A stretch of 64,000 nt of DNA. Origin: Octopus sinensis. Its lineage: Eukaryota. A model generated the notes under the pieces. The model saw nothing but the letters and a program-made list of their open reading frames with translations, made no database searches and was not told the origin of the DNA. The stretch spans positions 9,424,001 through 9,488,000 of the forward strand of contig NC_043007.1 in NCBI RefSeq assembly GCF_006345805.1, given 5' to 3'. This document shows, in pieces, positions 1 through 14,102 of the stretch (position 1 is the first letter of the stretch; each line of letters starts with the position of its first letter). A program made the translations under genes and the position numbers.

Positions 1-185
1 ATTAGTTACCAGCGTGCGAATTTTAAATAATGGCGAATTTCGCTGTCCAGTTTCAGCTATCGATTTCTACGGGCTGAGGACTCCATGAGAATGAAACCAA
101 TGTGAAAATGAGTATTTTATCAGTTATCTCTTGTTATGAAACGTTAATTCTCTACATCTTCTGTGAAAATGATTATTTTCTGGTA

Positions 186-835
186 GTTTTCTTTTTATTC
201 CTTTAGCCGTTTCAGTCATTTGACTGTGGCCTTGCTGGAGCGCCGCCGAAGGGGACCTTTAATCGAAGACGTCGATCCCAAAATTTATTCTCTGTAAGCG
301 TATTACTTATTCAGTGGAGGCGCAATGGCCCAGTGGTTATGGCAGCGGACTCGCGGTCGTAGGATCGCGGTTTCGATTCCCAGACCGGACGTTGTGAGTG
401 TTTATTGAGCGAAAACACCTAAAAGCTCCACGAGACTCCGGCAGGAGATGGTGGTGATCCCTGCTGTACTCTTTCACCACAACTTTCTCTCACTCTTACT
501 TCCTGTTTCTGTTGTACCTGTATTTCAAAGGGCCGGCCTTGTCACTCTCTGTTTCACGCTGAATATCCCCGAGAACTACGTTAAGGGTACACGTGTCTGT
601 GGAGTGCTCAGCCACTTACACGTTAATTTCACGAGCAGGCTGTTCCGTTGATCGGATCAACCGGAACCCTCGTCGTCGTAACCGACGGAGTGCTTCCACA
701 TTACTTATTCAAATGGTTCCATTTGTGGAACTGCCAAGTTAGAGGGAAGTTAACATACCAGCATTTGTTGTCAAGCGATGATGGGGTGAGTTGGGAGCAA
801 ACAGAGACACACAGAGAGGCATGTATGTATCGCCG
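186..835 (-). mobile_element. SINE family C (3' half), interrupted by a family A SINE at 314-699
   Basis: Tail cagtcatttgactg at 213-226, and ataccagcat...gtcaagcgatg after 712, match the other family C copies (22500-22700, 63480-63908); the sequence resumes after the inserted SINE. Confidence 0.75.
314..699 (+). mobile_element. tRNA-derived SINE family A, full length, 12-bp TSD
   Basis: A-box-like tggcccagtggtt and B-box-like ggtttcgattccc; TSD attacttattca at 302-313 and 700-711; near-identical copy at 50996-51390. Confidence 0.9.
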
Positions 836-1308
836 TCCACAGAAATAGCGTTCGTAATACTCTTTTTCGTTCGGCTTAACAGCCCTTCTTGTCTTCTTAT
901 TTTCCTTGTCCTGTCTTTTACTGCTTATATTTTGTACTGTCGTTACTGTCCTGTTCTTGTTACCGTTTTTACCCCTCTGCAAAAAGATCTCAAATTTTAT
1001 TTGGTTTGCTTTTCGCAGGAAGGAGAGTTTCTATCGAATATACGTCTCACCTTCACCTTCGAAACGTAGAGTAGATGAAACCATGGCGACTGAAGAAGGG
1101 GTTTTTTCCTTGTGTTATTTGTCCTGTACTCTATTTTTTTGTTGTTTAAGAAAAATGTCCAGTTCCTTGGGTTTGTGTCTATGTTTTCATTTCTCATTGT
1201 GTTCGACGTTTTTTTGGTGTCCTGTACTCATATATGCGTGTATATATACATGTAGATGTAGGTACGTAATATATGTATATATATATGCATATGTTTATTT
1301 ATTAATAT

Positions 1309-1367
<59 letters not shown>

Positions 1368-1441
1368 TTATACAATTTAATAGTATTAGTTATATTTCGA
1401 GGAATGCATATATTGATATTTGTTTTAAAGCCGAGTTACAA

Positions 1442-1472
<31 letters not shown>

Positions 1473-1708
1473 TCCCGCTCTTTAATTCTTTTCTTCCTCT
1501 TTTTCTCTTTCTTCTCATCTCACGTGACCGATACGCCAGACTACTAGCCCTCTTTTTGTGTCTGACTGTGGTCATAGCCACATTCACATATATTTACCGG
1601 CGTCTTTGAAAGTATTGTATCTCTGCCGTAAGGCTTCATTTCCATACACGCTAGCTGAATTCAATTCGTCCCCAGTCGAAAGACACTTGTTGTTATGTCT
1701 TGTTATTA

Positions 1709-1770
<62 letters not shown>

Positions 1771-1849
1771 ATTATTATTATTATTATTGTATTTTGTATT
1801 TATATTTGTGTAACATCGTGTTTTTCCGTCCTTGTTTTCGTATACATTC

Positions 1850-2080
1850 GATGCTTTGTTCTAGGGAATCTAATGCTCTTAGCTTGGTTTTTCCTTGGGC
1901 TGGCAGATTGGAGCAATCTCAAGATTAATCAGCCGTAATTGCGAGGACGATCCGGTTCTTGACTGAAGATAGAAAGCTTCGAATGACCTGTCCTTGCTTT
2001 TTTGTATCGTCTATCTTAATGCTTGTTGTCCCTTTTTATATAACCTAGTTATGCGGATATGTTGCGTTCGTGTCCCTTTC
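1850..2080 (+). mobile_element. Dispersed repeat, possibly a Penelope-like terminal remnant (paired with 8040-8215)
   Basis: Shares caaga(t/c)taatcagccg...gatccggttcttgactga(a/g)gatagaaagcttcgaatgacc with 8040-8215; both run into (TA)n. Family assignment is inference. Confidence 0.5.
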
Positions 2081-2084
2081 TGTA

Positions 2085-2093
2085 TTATATATA

Positions 2094-2146
<53 letters not shown>

Positions 2147-2203
2147 ATAGTTAGATAGATAGATAGGTAGCTAGCTAGGTAGATAGGTAGATAGATAGAT
2201 AGT

Positions 2204-2254
<51 letters not shown>

Positions 2255-2255
2255 G

Positions 2256-2331
<76 letters not shown>

Positions 2332-2340
2332 CAGACAGAA
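2085..2340. repeat. Compound (TA)n/(GATA)n microsatellite
   Basis: Direct inspection. Confidence 0.95.
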
Positions 2341-2671
2341 AGATGAGGATATCATAAATATAACACTACGACTCTTAAATCTATACGCTCCATAGTTTAA
2401 AAGTGTTGCATCAACACCAATTTGTCATTGAATACTTATTATTCTCATTCTCCTTTACGAATAGATTCGTCAGGCAATTACATTAAAAGCTTTCATCATT
2501 TCTTTTGATATATTTTGAGCGTTTAAAGGATTGGCAGCAATCTTCAGAGCAGCAAACGGCCGTTTATATGAGTATACATACCTACACGAATGCATACATG
2601 CTTTTATATAAAACCTGAATATATGTATATACCTATCTATGTAATTATATCACTATCACTCACTCTTTCAC

Positions 2672-2673
<2 letters not shown>

Positions 2674-2727
<54 letters not shown>

Positions 2728-2776
2728 CATATATATATATATGTGTGTGTGTGTGCGTGCGTGCGTGTGCATGTCG

Positions 2777-2820
<44 letters not shown>

Positions 2821-3130
2821 CTTTATGCATATAAATAGAAGCATATATATATATATGTAGTTTTATATAGATGCGTGTGTATGTTTGCATGTATGTATGC
2901 ATATATTTAACGAATACTAGCAGGAAAAACAATGTCAGATATGTATGTAAACACAGATATAAACGAAAATGCATCTAGTGATTACAAAACGGTATGATTA
3001 GCAAAAATATTTCTCTTTATTCAATTTTTAATTTTCATTACATTTATATATATATATATTTAAATATATATGTATATATATATATATATATACACATACA
3101 TATATATTTAAGTATATATACCTATATACA

Positions 3131-3163
<33 letters not shown>

Positions 3164-3256
3164 TTACATATATATACATATATATATATATACATATATA
3201 TATATTTACATATATATACATCCATATATATACGTATATACATATGTACATAGACA

Positions 3257-3322
<66 letters not shown>

Positions 3323-3450
3323 CTTATATGTACCTATATATAATTATATATATATATATATATGCATATTATGCATATTTGTAACTAATGTATTTATTTA
3401 TATATATATGTATATGTATGTTTATATGTATGTTTTTATGTATGTATACA
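2674..3450. repeat. Cluster of (TA)n, (TG)n, (GA)n and (TATG)n microsatellites
   Basis: Direct inspection; source of the YI-repeat ORFs. Confidence 0.9.
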
Positions 3451-3789
3451 TACGCTCATACACATTCCATAGCATCAATAATCGTCTGTAAATATTCAAT
3501 ACAATTATTGCAAATAAGCAAACTTAAGAATGCAATTAAATAATGAAAAAAAAAATAAAATCGTAGATAAATACGTAAACATATCGAAGTAAACAAAAAT
3601 AAGGATAATATTAGGAATAATGAAACAAAGCAAAATATGTTAAGCAATAAAGGAAACAAACAAGAGGCTAAATAATATAAATAAGAACAACAACATCAAG
3701 AGCAAAAACAAACAAAACGGCAGTAACAACAACAACTATAATGGCAATAATAACAATGATGATAATAATATCAATATAACAATAATAGC

Positions 3790-3995
<206 letters not shown>

Positions 3996-4495
3996 TAATA
4001 AAGATGAGCGAGATGATTATGATGATCAGAAAAGGGAAAAAATTGTTTGTTTCTGATAATAGTCGCGATAAATATTAATAACAATAATGACAATATTGCA
4101 AAAAGGCAGAAATAATAAGGATGATAAATATCGTATCGCAATGGACAGGATAGTCATGATGGTAATTATAATGATGATTTTCGTAAAGGTGGTGGTAGTG
4201 TTGTTGTTGGTGGTTGTGGTGGTGACGACGACGATGTCGGTGATTATAGAGTTTGCTGATGATGGTGATTATGATGATGCGATTGAGATGAGGAATATGA
4301 CAGCTATACGAGAAGATATTTGAGATAAGGCATCCGTTGATGTAAGAAAATCATGAGCAAAAGTAATCAAAAAAATTATGCTGGCATATGTATATTTACA
4401 TGTACGTATAATATACATGTAAAATATATATACATACACATATCTCCCCCACACATACATAGATACACAAACATACACCCACCCATATATATAGA

Positions 4496-4499
<4 letters not shown>

Positions 4500-4529
<30 letters not shown>

Positions 4530-4673
4530 TATATATATATATATTCATAGATGCATACAAGCAAACATATGCACAGAAATAATTGCAGCTATCGACATGA
4601 GTATGCTATATATGAACCCGCTTAACAATTTCACATTTCTCCTGATTTTAGAAAAGAAATGCCGACGTTGGTG

Positions 4674-4753
<80 letters not shown>

Positions 4754-4769
4754 TATATATATATATGTA

Positions 4770-4820
<51 letters not shown>
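4500..4820. repeat. Compound (TA)n-(TG)n-(CT)n microsatellites
   Basis: Direct inspection. Confidence 0.9.
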
Positions 4821-4830
<10 letters not shown>

Positions 4831-5757
4831 CTAGGTGTGTATGTGTGCAAAGAGATTTGTGTACATGGTGCATGTGTATGCACTTATTCATACATGCAGA
4901 TATACCCACATATAATTATATACATATATGTAGAAAGATATATGTGTGTGTGTGCGTATGTATTTGTGTGCTTGAGTATGTATGTGTTGTGGTGTGTGTA
5001 TGTATATATCTATGTGTATTTGTTTCTGTAAGTGAGGAATCATGTTTCACCTTAATTTGTTGAAAATCATGAGCATCATAAATAGTTCCGTCTTAAAAAT
5101 GGCGAACAATGAACCATTAGCCATCGTCTTTTGTTCAAATTTATCTATTTTTATGTGCGCTTCTAGGAATTTTGCGCCACTCTTAAACACGTTATTCGGA
5201 TATCCATGAAGAGTTCTATTAACTCAAGTTTTGACCAACATGGACGGGGATCGAGTTGATGTAGCAGTAAAACCAATCAAAATATTACAGTTTTCTTTCG
5301 AGATAAGTAGCTGACTTCCGCCATGATGATTTCAAATTATACCACAAAAACGGCAATTTTAGGGGAATTTTCATCGATCTCTTCATTCGACAGGTACATA
5401 ATTTGCCTTAAAAGAGTAGAAGCAAAGTCGGCCATAGCTTAATTTGAACACAGAAAGCAAAATATATATCTGTAGAAAAAAAATGGAATTTGTAAGAAAT
5501 ATTAATAGTTTTCGTTTTTTTTTTTTCAATGACCATGAGCAATAATAGAATAAAAGTACAAAATAATATAATCAGGAACAGTAATGCAAACGATGACAAC
5601 GATAGTGCAATGACGGCTCGGGTGATGATGAGAATGATGATGATGATGAATAGGAGGAGGAGGCGGATGGTGACAACCATGACGATGATGACGACGATGC
5701 TGGTCAAATCACAACGGTAATATGTTGGAAAGGGGGAATGGCCTGTCATGCCACATA

Positions 5758-7110
5758 TCAGATCACCCCATAAGTTCTCTCCGATTTTACCTTTTTAAAA
5801 TTGAATGAAATTTAATAGTATTTTAGAATGTCTAATGGAATTAAAGATTATTTTTATGCATTTGTGGACATTTAGACTAATTAAATATTATTCTACAGAA
5901 TAATAGAATTAAAGTATCAAAGATCATTTAAGGCACATAAAGCCTTATGAGTACAAAAACGTAAACTCTGCGGCCGAAGCGACTCGAAACATATACTCAG
6001 TTTATGGGAAAGAATGCTTGACTGAAAGAACTTTCAGAAGATGTTTTGCAAAATTTAGAAGTGGCGATTTCAGCCTTGAAGATACAGTCGTAAGCAGTGG
6101 CTCGGTAAAAGGGAAAAAGCTCAACCACAACCGAGAAGGGTACTTCATGGGATTATGTACCTTCTCTCTATCCGGTGGGATTACAAAGGAGTAATTCCCT
6201 TTGAATTGTTACCACCTAATACAATAATCATTGCTCAAGTCTACTCAGCAATTAGAGCATTTGAACCAAGCTTTGAAGAAAAAAAAACCTGCTTTAATGA
6301 ATCGAAAAGGAGTGGTGTTTCATCAGGACAGTGCGCGACCCCACACTGCAAAGATCACATCGTAGAAGATCGAAGAGCTCGGTTAGAAAAAATTCCTCAT
6401 CCACCTTATTCTCCCGACCTTGCTCCTTCAGACTACCATTTGTTTCGTAGTTTACGGAATCATTTGGGTGACATAACTTTCGCAAGTCAAGAAGATACAG
6501 TCGTAAGCAATGGCTCGGTAAAAGGGAAAAAGCTCAACCACAACCGAGAAGGGAACTTCATGGGATTAAGTTTCTTCTCTCTATCCGGTGGGATTACAAA
6601 GGAGTAATTCCCTTTGAATTATTACCACCTAATGCAATAATCATTGCTCAACTCTACTCAGCAATTAGAGCATTTGAACCAAGTTTTGAAGAAAAAAAAC
6701 CCTGCTTTAATGAATCGAAAAGGAGTGGTGTTTCATCAGGACAGTGCGCGACCCCACACTGCAAAGATCACATCGTAGAAGATCGAAGAGCTTGGTTTGG
6801 AAAAAATTCCTCATCCACCTTATTCTCCCGACCTTGCTCCTTCAGACTGCCATTTGTTTCGTAGTTTACGCATCATTTGGGTGACATAACTTTCGCAAGT
6901 CAAGAGGAGGTCGAAACTGACATTTCAGAGTTCTTCGCTTTGAAGTCAAAAGAGTTTTACATTGATGGGATTAAAAAGCTTGTAAATAGATGGGAGAAAG
7001 TAATAGATAACCAGGGAAAGTACATTGATGATTAAATTCCAATTAAATATAACATGTGATCATTTGTTTTCTTTATTCAAAATTCGGACAGAACTTATCG
7101 GATGACCTGA
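5758..7110 (+). mobile_element. Decayed mariner DNA transposon with internal deletion and 413-bp tandem duplication
   Basis: 30-bp TIRs 5758-5787 and 7081-7110 (25/30 match), TA on both flanks; transposase motif HPPYSPDLAPSDYHLFRSL in ORF 6155-6607; frameshifted. Confidence 0.93.
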
Positions 7111-7309
7111 TAATTAGGCTCATTGTGATATTAAATACGTCTAGCTCAGCCAATATGTGGGTATTACGATTATATTTTTCTATGTGTTCATGTATGCATG
7201 CACGTACACCTGTATATGCATATGCATATATAGATGTATGTATCTATCTATGAGAGTCTATACACATATATACCTGCGTTTGTTTTTATATTTGTATATA
7301 CACATATAT

Positions 7310-7625
<316 letters not shown>

Positions 7626-7961
7626 TGACAAACACGCACACACTCAGGAAAACAGATCACAGACATGCATACAATCATTGCATGTACACATACATTATTT
7701 GGTGTCTGCATCGGCATATGTGCGATAATAATAAACATAAAAGGCGTTGATTAAACACGTGAGGCACAAAATTAGTTTTCAATTTAATTCTCGCTCACTC
7801 ATGGAAACTGTTTCTTTTCATTTCTATTTTGCCGTGTACTTTGTTCGAATGTTCGACCATTTGATTGTCTGACTGTTTGATTAAAACACTGGTCTGTCCG
7901 ATGGCTCACTGGTCACTTTTCACCTTATGTCATATAAGAATGTGCGTATGTGTGTGTAAGC

Positions 7962-8013
<52 letters not shown>

Positions 8014-8039
8014 GCATATATATATATTTATATTTATAT

Positions 8040-8215
8040 CAAGACTAATCAGCCGAAATTGCGAGGATGATCCGGTTCTTGACTGAGGATAGAAAGCTTC
8101 GAATGACCCGTCCTTGTTTTTTTTTTGCATCGTCTATCTGGATCTTTCGTTGACCCTTTTTGTATCACCTAGTTGTCCGGATGTTTTGCGTTCTCGTCCC
8201 ATTTTGCATTTTATA
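8040..8215 (+). mobile_element. Second copy of the dispersed repeat at 1850-2080
   Basis: Direct sequence similarity; (TA)n/(TG)n on both flanks. Confidence 0.55.
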
Positions 8216-8225
8216 CATACATACA

Positions 8226-8267
<42 letters not shown>

Positions 8268-9436
8268 AGTATGTATGTATGTATGTATGTATGTATGTAT
8301 GTATGTAGTATGTATGTATGCATGTATGTATGTATGCATGTATGTATGTATGTATATGTAATGTCATATATGTATATATGATATTTTACATGGATATACA
8401 CATACACATATCTGTGTGTATCTGTGTACCTCACCGGTCCATGTATGTATGTGTGTGTATTGAAGCTATGTATTGCTGTATGTATCTATCTTTTTATATA
8501 CGCAGATATGTATACACCCCTCACACCCACACCCACATAGATGTGAATATATGCGGATGCCTATATCACCGATTGTTTTGCAGTATACTCCATGTCTAAT
8601 AAACACTTAACGCAGGTGTTTTAATGCGTTTGTATAAGATATGGCGGTTATTTTCACTACATGTCTGTGTGTAGGATTTTACGTATATATATTTATTTAT
8701 CTTTTCTTTTTCTTTATTTTTGTAACGGTTTGCGTATACAGGAGTACGCGTTTTATGGAGCTAACTTGCTTTTCTATACTTTTATGTGTGCAGGTTAAGT
8801 TGTTCCGATAAATGTTAATTTTTTTCTACTTCTCTAATTTTATAACTGATTTTTGCGAATATTTTTTGCATCGTTTTGTACTTCCTAATTTTTTTATTTA
8901 CCAACGTTTATCTAATTTTGTACGAATACGTTTGTGAGTTTATATATGTTTATATGTGTATATATCTGTTTGTTTGCGTGTGTGAGTTGCATGAGTATGC
9001 ATATGTTTTTGCTACTGTGTATGAGTATGTATGCACGTAGTATGTATTTACTGTTTAAATATTCTCATAATTTATATATCTTATTGATCTAATCGAATGA
9101 AATCTAAATATTCATATCGAAATACAATCATAAACCTACAAAGAAAAAAAAAAGCATGCCGTGTATGCATAGACACATTATTGTCTGTGTGTATATCTGT
9201 GTGTTTGTGTCTGCGCCTGTACTTGTACACGGCATGTCTGTGAGTATTTGTATATACATAGATGTGGGTTCATATACGCGTGCATCCATAAATGTTTACA
9301 ATGGCGTATCTACGCTTATTTTCTTACAGATATGTATATTTACGTAAAATATATTTGTGCACGTGCCTGTTTCCGTGTCTGAACGTGTACGCGCATGTGT
9401 GTGCATCTCGGTGTGTGCGTGTCTGAATCTGCGCAC

Positions 9437-9468
<32 letters not shown>

Positions 9469-10249
9469 CTACATATCAATGTGTATGATTTCGCTAGAAA
9501 AATTTTGATTTGCAATACTTATTCGAAGATCATGTTTGCAGTAGTTTTATATACATGCATGCTTACATGCATACACACACATACATACACCAACGTCTAC
9601 ATACATATAAATGCAAGTGTATGTGCTCGTGTGTACATGCATGTTATTCATGTGCGTGTTTTGACTTATAAGAAACACTCTGCAAATTGCTTTGCATTTG
9701 TCGACAATTGCATGAGTCCGATTGCATTGAAGTAAACAATACTAATTATATTTTTCAATAAATCTATATTCATTCGTTACAGAAATAAAATTCAGAAATA
9801 ATCCTCATTTATATTTCAATATATTTTTACCTTTATTCATTTATTTATTTACATAATTGACTTTATTTTAATATTTATATATTGATTTATTTACTAAGTT
9901 TTTGTATTATAATGTTTTTTTTGTCAAATTTAATTCGTTTAACGGTTTCTATTTGAAAACTGATATCGTCTTTCATTTAGCAATATGCTAAAAGCAATTT
10001 TGATTGAACCTACATCAGATGGAACAGTTTCATAGAAAAGGCCATCAGGGTGCATAATTTCAAAATTAATCTCTACAACTTCGACGGTAACAGCAGCACC
10101 AATATCGTCAAAATCATTGCGATTATGCACATGAGTATCGCCGCGATGGTCGTCCATGTTGTCACCATAAATATTATCGTCATCAATACAATGAGCACAA
10201 ATTATTACAATGAAAATTGTAGTGAGGGTCACTTTCTAAATAATGGTCA

Positions 10250-10266
10250 ATCAAATAATAATAATA

Positions 10267-10332
<66 letters not shown>

Positions 10333-10364
10333 TAATAATAACAATAATAATAATGATAATAATA

Positions 10365-10415
<51 letters not shown>

Positions 10416-10437
10416 TAATAATAATAATAATAATAAT
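10250..10437. repeat. (TAA)n microsatellite
   Basis: Direct inspection. Confidence 0.95.
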
Positions 10438-11409
10438 AGCCCTGATGTTATCATGTACATTGTTTTGTCTTGGTATAAAAAATGGGCCACAGCAAATGTT
10501 CTGCTCAATACCACAGATTTGCTTGTCAGTTGTTTGACCTTAACCACTCGAAAATGTCCCTTAGTGATTAACGATATGCGGATTTCTGACCATGAGCAGA
10601 AGTAGTGGGGGAGCATGTGTATCTCTGATCACGGGCAGATGTACTGAGGGAGCATCATAGCCATGTTGGGTGATTCTTTGGGGCTTGAGTAATTCACCTC
10701 TAGAAGTATGGGTGCTTCATTCATCATTCTTAAACAACCATTATTCAGGGAACATTTGAGCGGATTGGGCAACTTCGTGAAGAAAATTTTAACTGGGCCC
10801 CCACTTGCAGAGTCTTAGGTTGTTGATCTTGACATAAGATCACCATGTCGCACGCAAATGTTTGTGATGCCTGTGCCTGGTGTGCCCTTATCAGAGGGAT
10901 AGTTATGATGAGTATGTTGGGCTCTGTATATTTTACCCCAGTATCATTTTGATGGCATGCACCGCTCTCTCACTCAACAAGGACTAGAACAACAAAAACA
11001 ACAACAATAACAATAGTAATAAAATAATAATAATAATAATAATAATAGTAATAATAATAATAATATTAATAATAATAATAATAATAATATAATAATAATT
11101 GTAAAACAAATAATGATAAAACAAACTAATCTAATAACATCGGTGGAATGGGATAAAGGAAACTGTGAAAGACTTGAGGGAAGCGGTCTTTTAACGAAAA
11201 TAATCACAACGAAATTTTACTGCCGTACAAAGTACAGTTTCTCATATACACGATCCCTCAGGAAAACATGAGCGAAAGACACATACGAAATCAAAATCGG
11301 AAAGTTTACAAATTATAAAATATAAGTGGAACAAAACAGTAAGTACGTAAATTGATTAATTACGTATAATTGATTAATCACGCATACACTCTAAAATAGC
11401 ATCATATGT

Positions 11410-12310
11410 GACACCTGGAAAATCCTTCTTTGGATGGTAAACGGAGTAATTTATTGCCCCCGAAAATGATGACACTAACAATCACCCAAACTACCGAACA
11501 GATACATGTCTTACAACCATATATAAAATACTAACATCCTTCATTACTCAATGTATATATACACGTTCCTAATAGATAATTAGCTATTTTACAGAGAACA
11601 GAAATGTTGTATCCCTGACTCGTATAGTTGTAAAGACCAACATTCTATCAATAAAATGATTGTTGAGGACTGTCATAAAATACGCAATAATATGGGTATT
11701 GCAGCAAGGATTGATTCAAAAGAAAAGCAATGATCAGGTGCTTAAACTAGGTCTGCAAATATGAAAGGAGCAAGAATTTGCACTCAATGCAACAAGCAAA
11801 GAATTGATGATCATTGATACGGAGAAGCAACGAGACGAAACACAAAAAGACACTTTGATAACAAAGCAGATAAAAACACAAGCCAAATCAAATGCAATCT
11901 CAGTGACACGAAACACATGTAGATACAACGCATTTCGTGGTAAATTGCTTATAACAGACTGATATAGATGCTAATGCGTCCCCTCAATCTTTATCTACAT
12001 CCGGATTTAATTCAGAAACAAGACTTCATTACAGCAGCTCAGGATCAGAGAATACCCACCAGATATTACAAAAGCACAAAATTGATTCTACCAACTGCAT
12101 TGGTGGTGCAGCCAGTGAAACAATTGTCCACCTCATCGCTGGATGCTTTATGCTAGCCTCAAATCATTAATCGCCGGCCAGTCTTTGCATTGGACCATAT
12201 GCGTAAATTTGCACTCCTATGTAGGACGAACATGTGATAACATAAAACTCCCATAGAAAAGGTAGCTATCACTGTTCTTTGGGACTCTGCTATCAAAAAC
12301 TGATATTGCT
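11410..12310 (+). mobile_element. R4/Dong-like (RLE-type) non-LTR retrotransposon, internally deleted and degraded
   Basis: Frameshifted residues resembling the RT (TCLTTIYKILTSFI, SYSCKDQ, INKMIVEDCH) and the C-terminal region (FITAAQDQRIPTRYY, IVHLIAGC, ITVLWDSAIK); lies just after the (TAA)n at 11005-11100. Confidence 0.75.
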
Positions 12311-12456
12311 TTGCAGGTCAGTAGGCTCGATATTGAATAAATGAAATCGCGTTGACAAAAGTGTAGACTGTAGAAATTATTCGTAAAATTAACTAAATAT
12401 AGGGAGATGTAATTGCATAGCAAGTGACTTGATCTGATATCGTGTGAAGGGACGAA

Positions 12457-12739
12457 AACAATTGCAGCGTGGAAGGTGATTGTAAGCCATTTAAAAAACA
12501 CAGAAAAACCGTTAGATTCACAGCAAAATTTAAATTTAATTTGCCAAAATATTTTCGTCGCTTTGAGACCGTGACATGTTCACTGACAAAATTCAGCACG
12601 GAATTTTCTCAGTAAACAGGTCGCGGTCTCAAATCGACGAAAATATTTTGGCAAATTAAATTTAAATTTTGAAGTAAATCTAACGGTTTTTTACGTGTTT
12701 CTTAAATGGCTTATAAATACCTTCCACGCTGTAATTGTT
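12457..12739. mobile_element. Foldback/MITE-like element: about 138-bp inverted arms, 6-nt loop
   Basis: Arms 12457-12594 and 12601-12739 are reverse complements with roughly 15 differences; loop agcacg. Confidence 0.85.
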
Positions 12740-13858
12740 AACTAAATATTAGGTATTTGAAGTAGAAGTTTAAAAAATAAGTACCAATGAACGAAGAATA
12801 ACACAGGCTTTTGGGCTCTGATCGAGAACAGATTGTCGTCAGTGAGCGAATGTGAAACAACACCCCTTTTGCTGTTGATCGGTACAGAAAACTACATATC
12901 CAAAACAATTAGCAAAACCCCGGGAATGAAATGATGCTGAAAAAAACAACAACACCAAATATAATTACTGTAGCAAAGGAAGTAAGCAAACATCTATAAA
13001 TTCAGTAATTGGAAAATCAATTAAGGTCACCGCGTAATATGGAGTAATCAATATCGATTGTCTAAATTTTAATATAAATTTAGTGGAAGACACTGGCAGG
13101 TGCATGAGTGTATAAGATTATGGAAGGAATAGCAAATGTACAGCAAGAGTACATTTAAAAAAAGGTAAAATAACAGAAAGAAGATACATGCGTAAAAGCT
13201 TACCTCTATGGCTTGAAAGCAGATGTCTAATGCAGCTGGCTCTAAGTTATAAAACATAGTGTTACAATCTAAGTCACTTCCGTTCAGAAAAACCTATGGC
13301 ACTGACACATAACACTGACGTATGAAAGAAAGCTTAACTGTTATTGTCAAAAAGCATTATGTCTGTTGTATCTATAAGAGAGCTAAATATCAATTATATA
13401 TACAGTATCAACAGGATAACAAATAACATTAAATATGCAAAGAATGCAGAATAACTGCAAAGATTTAGTAGCCATATAACCACATGAGAGAAATAAGTCT
13501 TTCGTATACTTACTTTATCAAATGTATACTGGAATTTGCAAACAACTTATGTATACATGCCGGAAGACATGAAGACTCTATCAACAGCAGAGCGAAGAAA
13601 TACAGAGATACAGAGGAAGCATGGGACTTGCTGGGAGTTTCTATATACCAGTTCACATTACTTAAATTTGAGGCAAAGCCGTCCTTAAATACGAATCTGC
13701 CATCTTTAAAAGCCGGAGAACAATGTAGAAGACAAGATGGATATCAGCACCAATTCCTTTTATGATATGGTTTCTTGAACAAGACAAACGTAGGTTTAAG
13801 AGCTAACACATTTGCAAAATCAGAAACACTAAAGAATTAACAATGCTAGTATACACCA

Positions 13859-14062
13859 GGCGGCGAGCTGGCAGAAACGTTAGCACGCCGGGCGAAATGC
13901 TTAGCGGTATTTCGTTTGTTTTTACGTTCGGTGTTCAAATTCCACTGAGATCGACTTTGCCTTTTGGGTCGATAAATTAGGTATCAGTTGCGTACTGGAC
14001 TCGATCTAATCGACTGGCCCCTCCCAAAATATTTCGAGCCTTGTGTCAAGAGTAGAAAATAA
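13859..14062 (+). mobile_element. SINE family B with alternative tail
   Basis: Head ggcgagctggcagaaacgttagcacgccgggcg; central gtcgataaattag; tail ggcccctccc...agtagaaaat. Confidence 0.85.
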
Positions 14063-14102
14063 TATTAGTATAAACAAGGCATTAACAGTGCTAGTATGCA
14101 CA

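Noticed and set aside
70-105. CTGAGGA...GAAA, and similar hits at about 24268-24290 (-) and 36327
   Set aside because: No closing helix II pair next to GAAA and no helix I/III
314-390. tRNA-like sequences at SINE heads (also 50996, 33430, 62834)
   Set aside because: A/B boxes are present, but I could not form a complete cloverleaf; they continue into SINE bodies
448-651. 67-aa ORF repeated at 51136-51339 (4 residue differences)
   Set aside because: Both lie wholly inside family A SINE copies; conservation reflects SINE identity, not coding function
1962-1990. CTGA(A/G)GA-TA-GAAAGCTT in both copies of the 1850/8040 repeat (hammerhead-like core with an AGCU palindrome)
   Set aside because: Only 2 nt between core halves (no helix II) and no adjacent helix I pairing
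9939-10232. 97-aa minus-strand ORF with a complex C-terminal half
   Set aside because: N-terminal half is low-complexity; no homology recognised; plus- and minus-strand exon readings are equally weak
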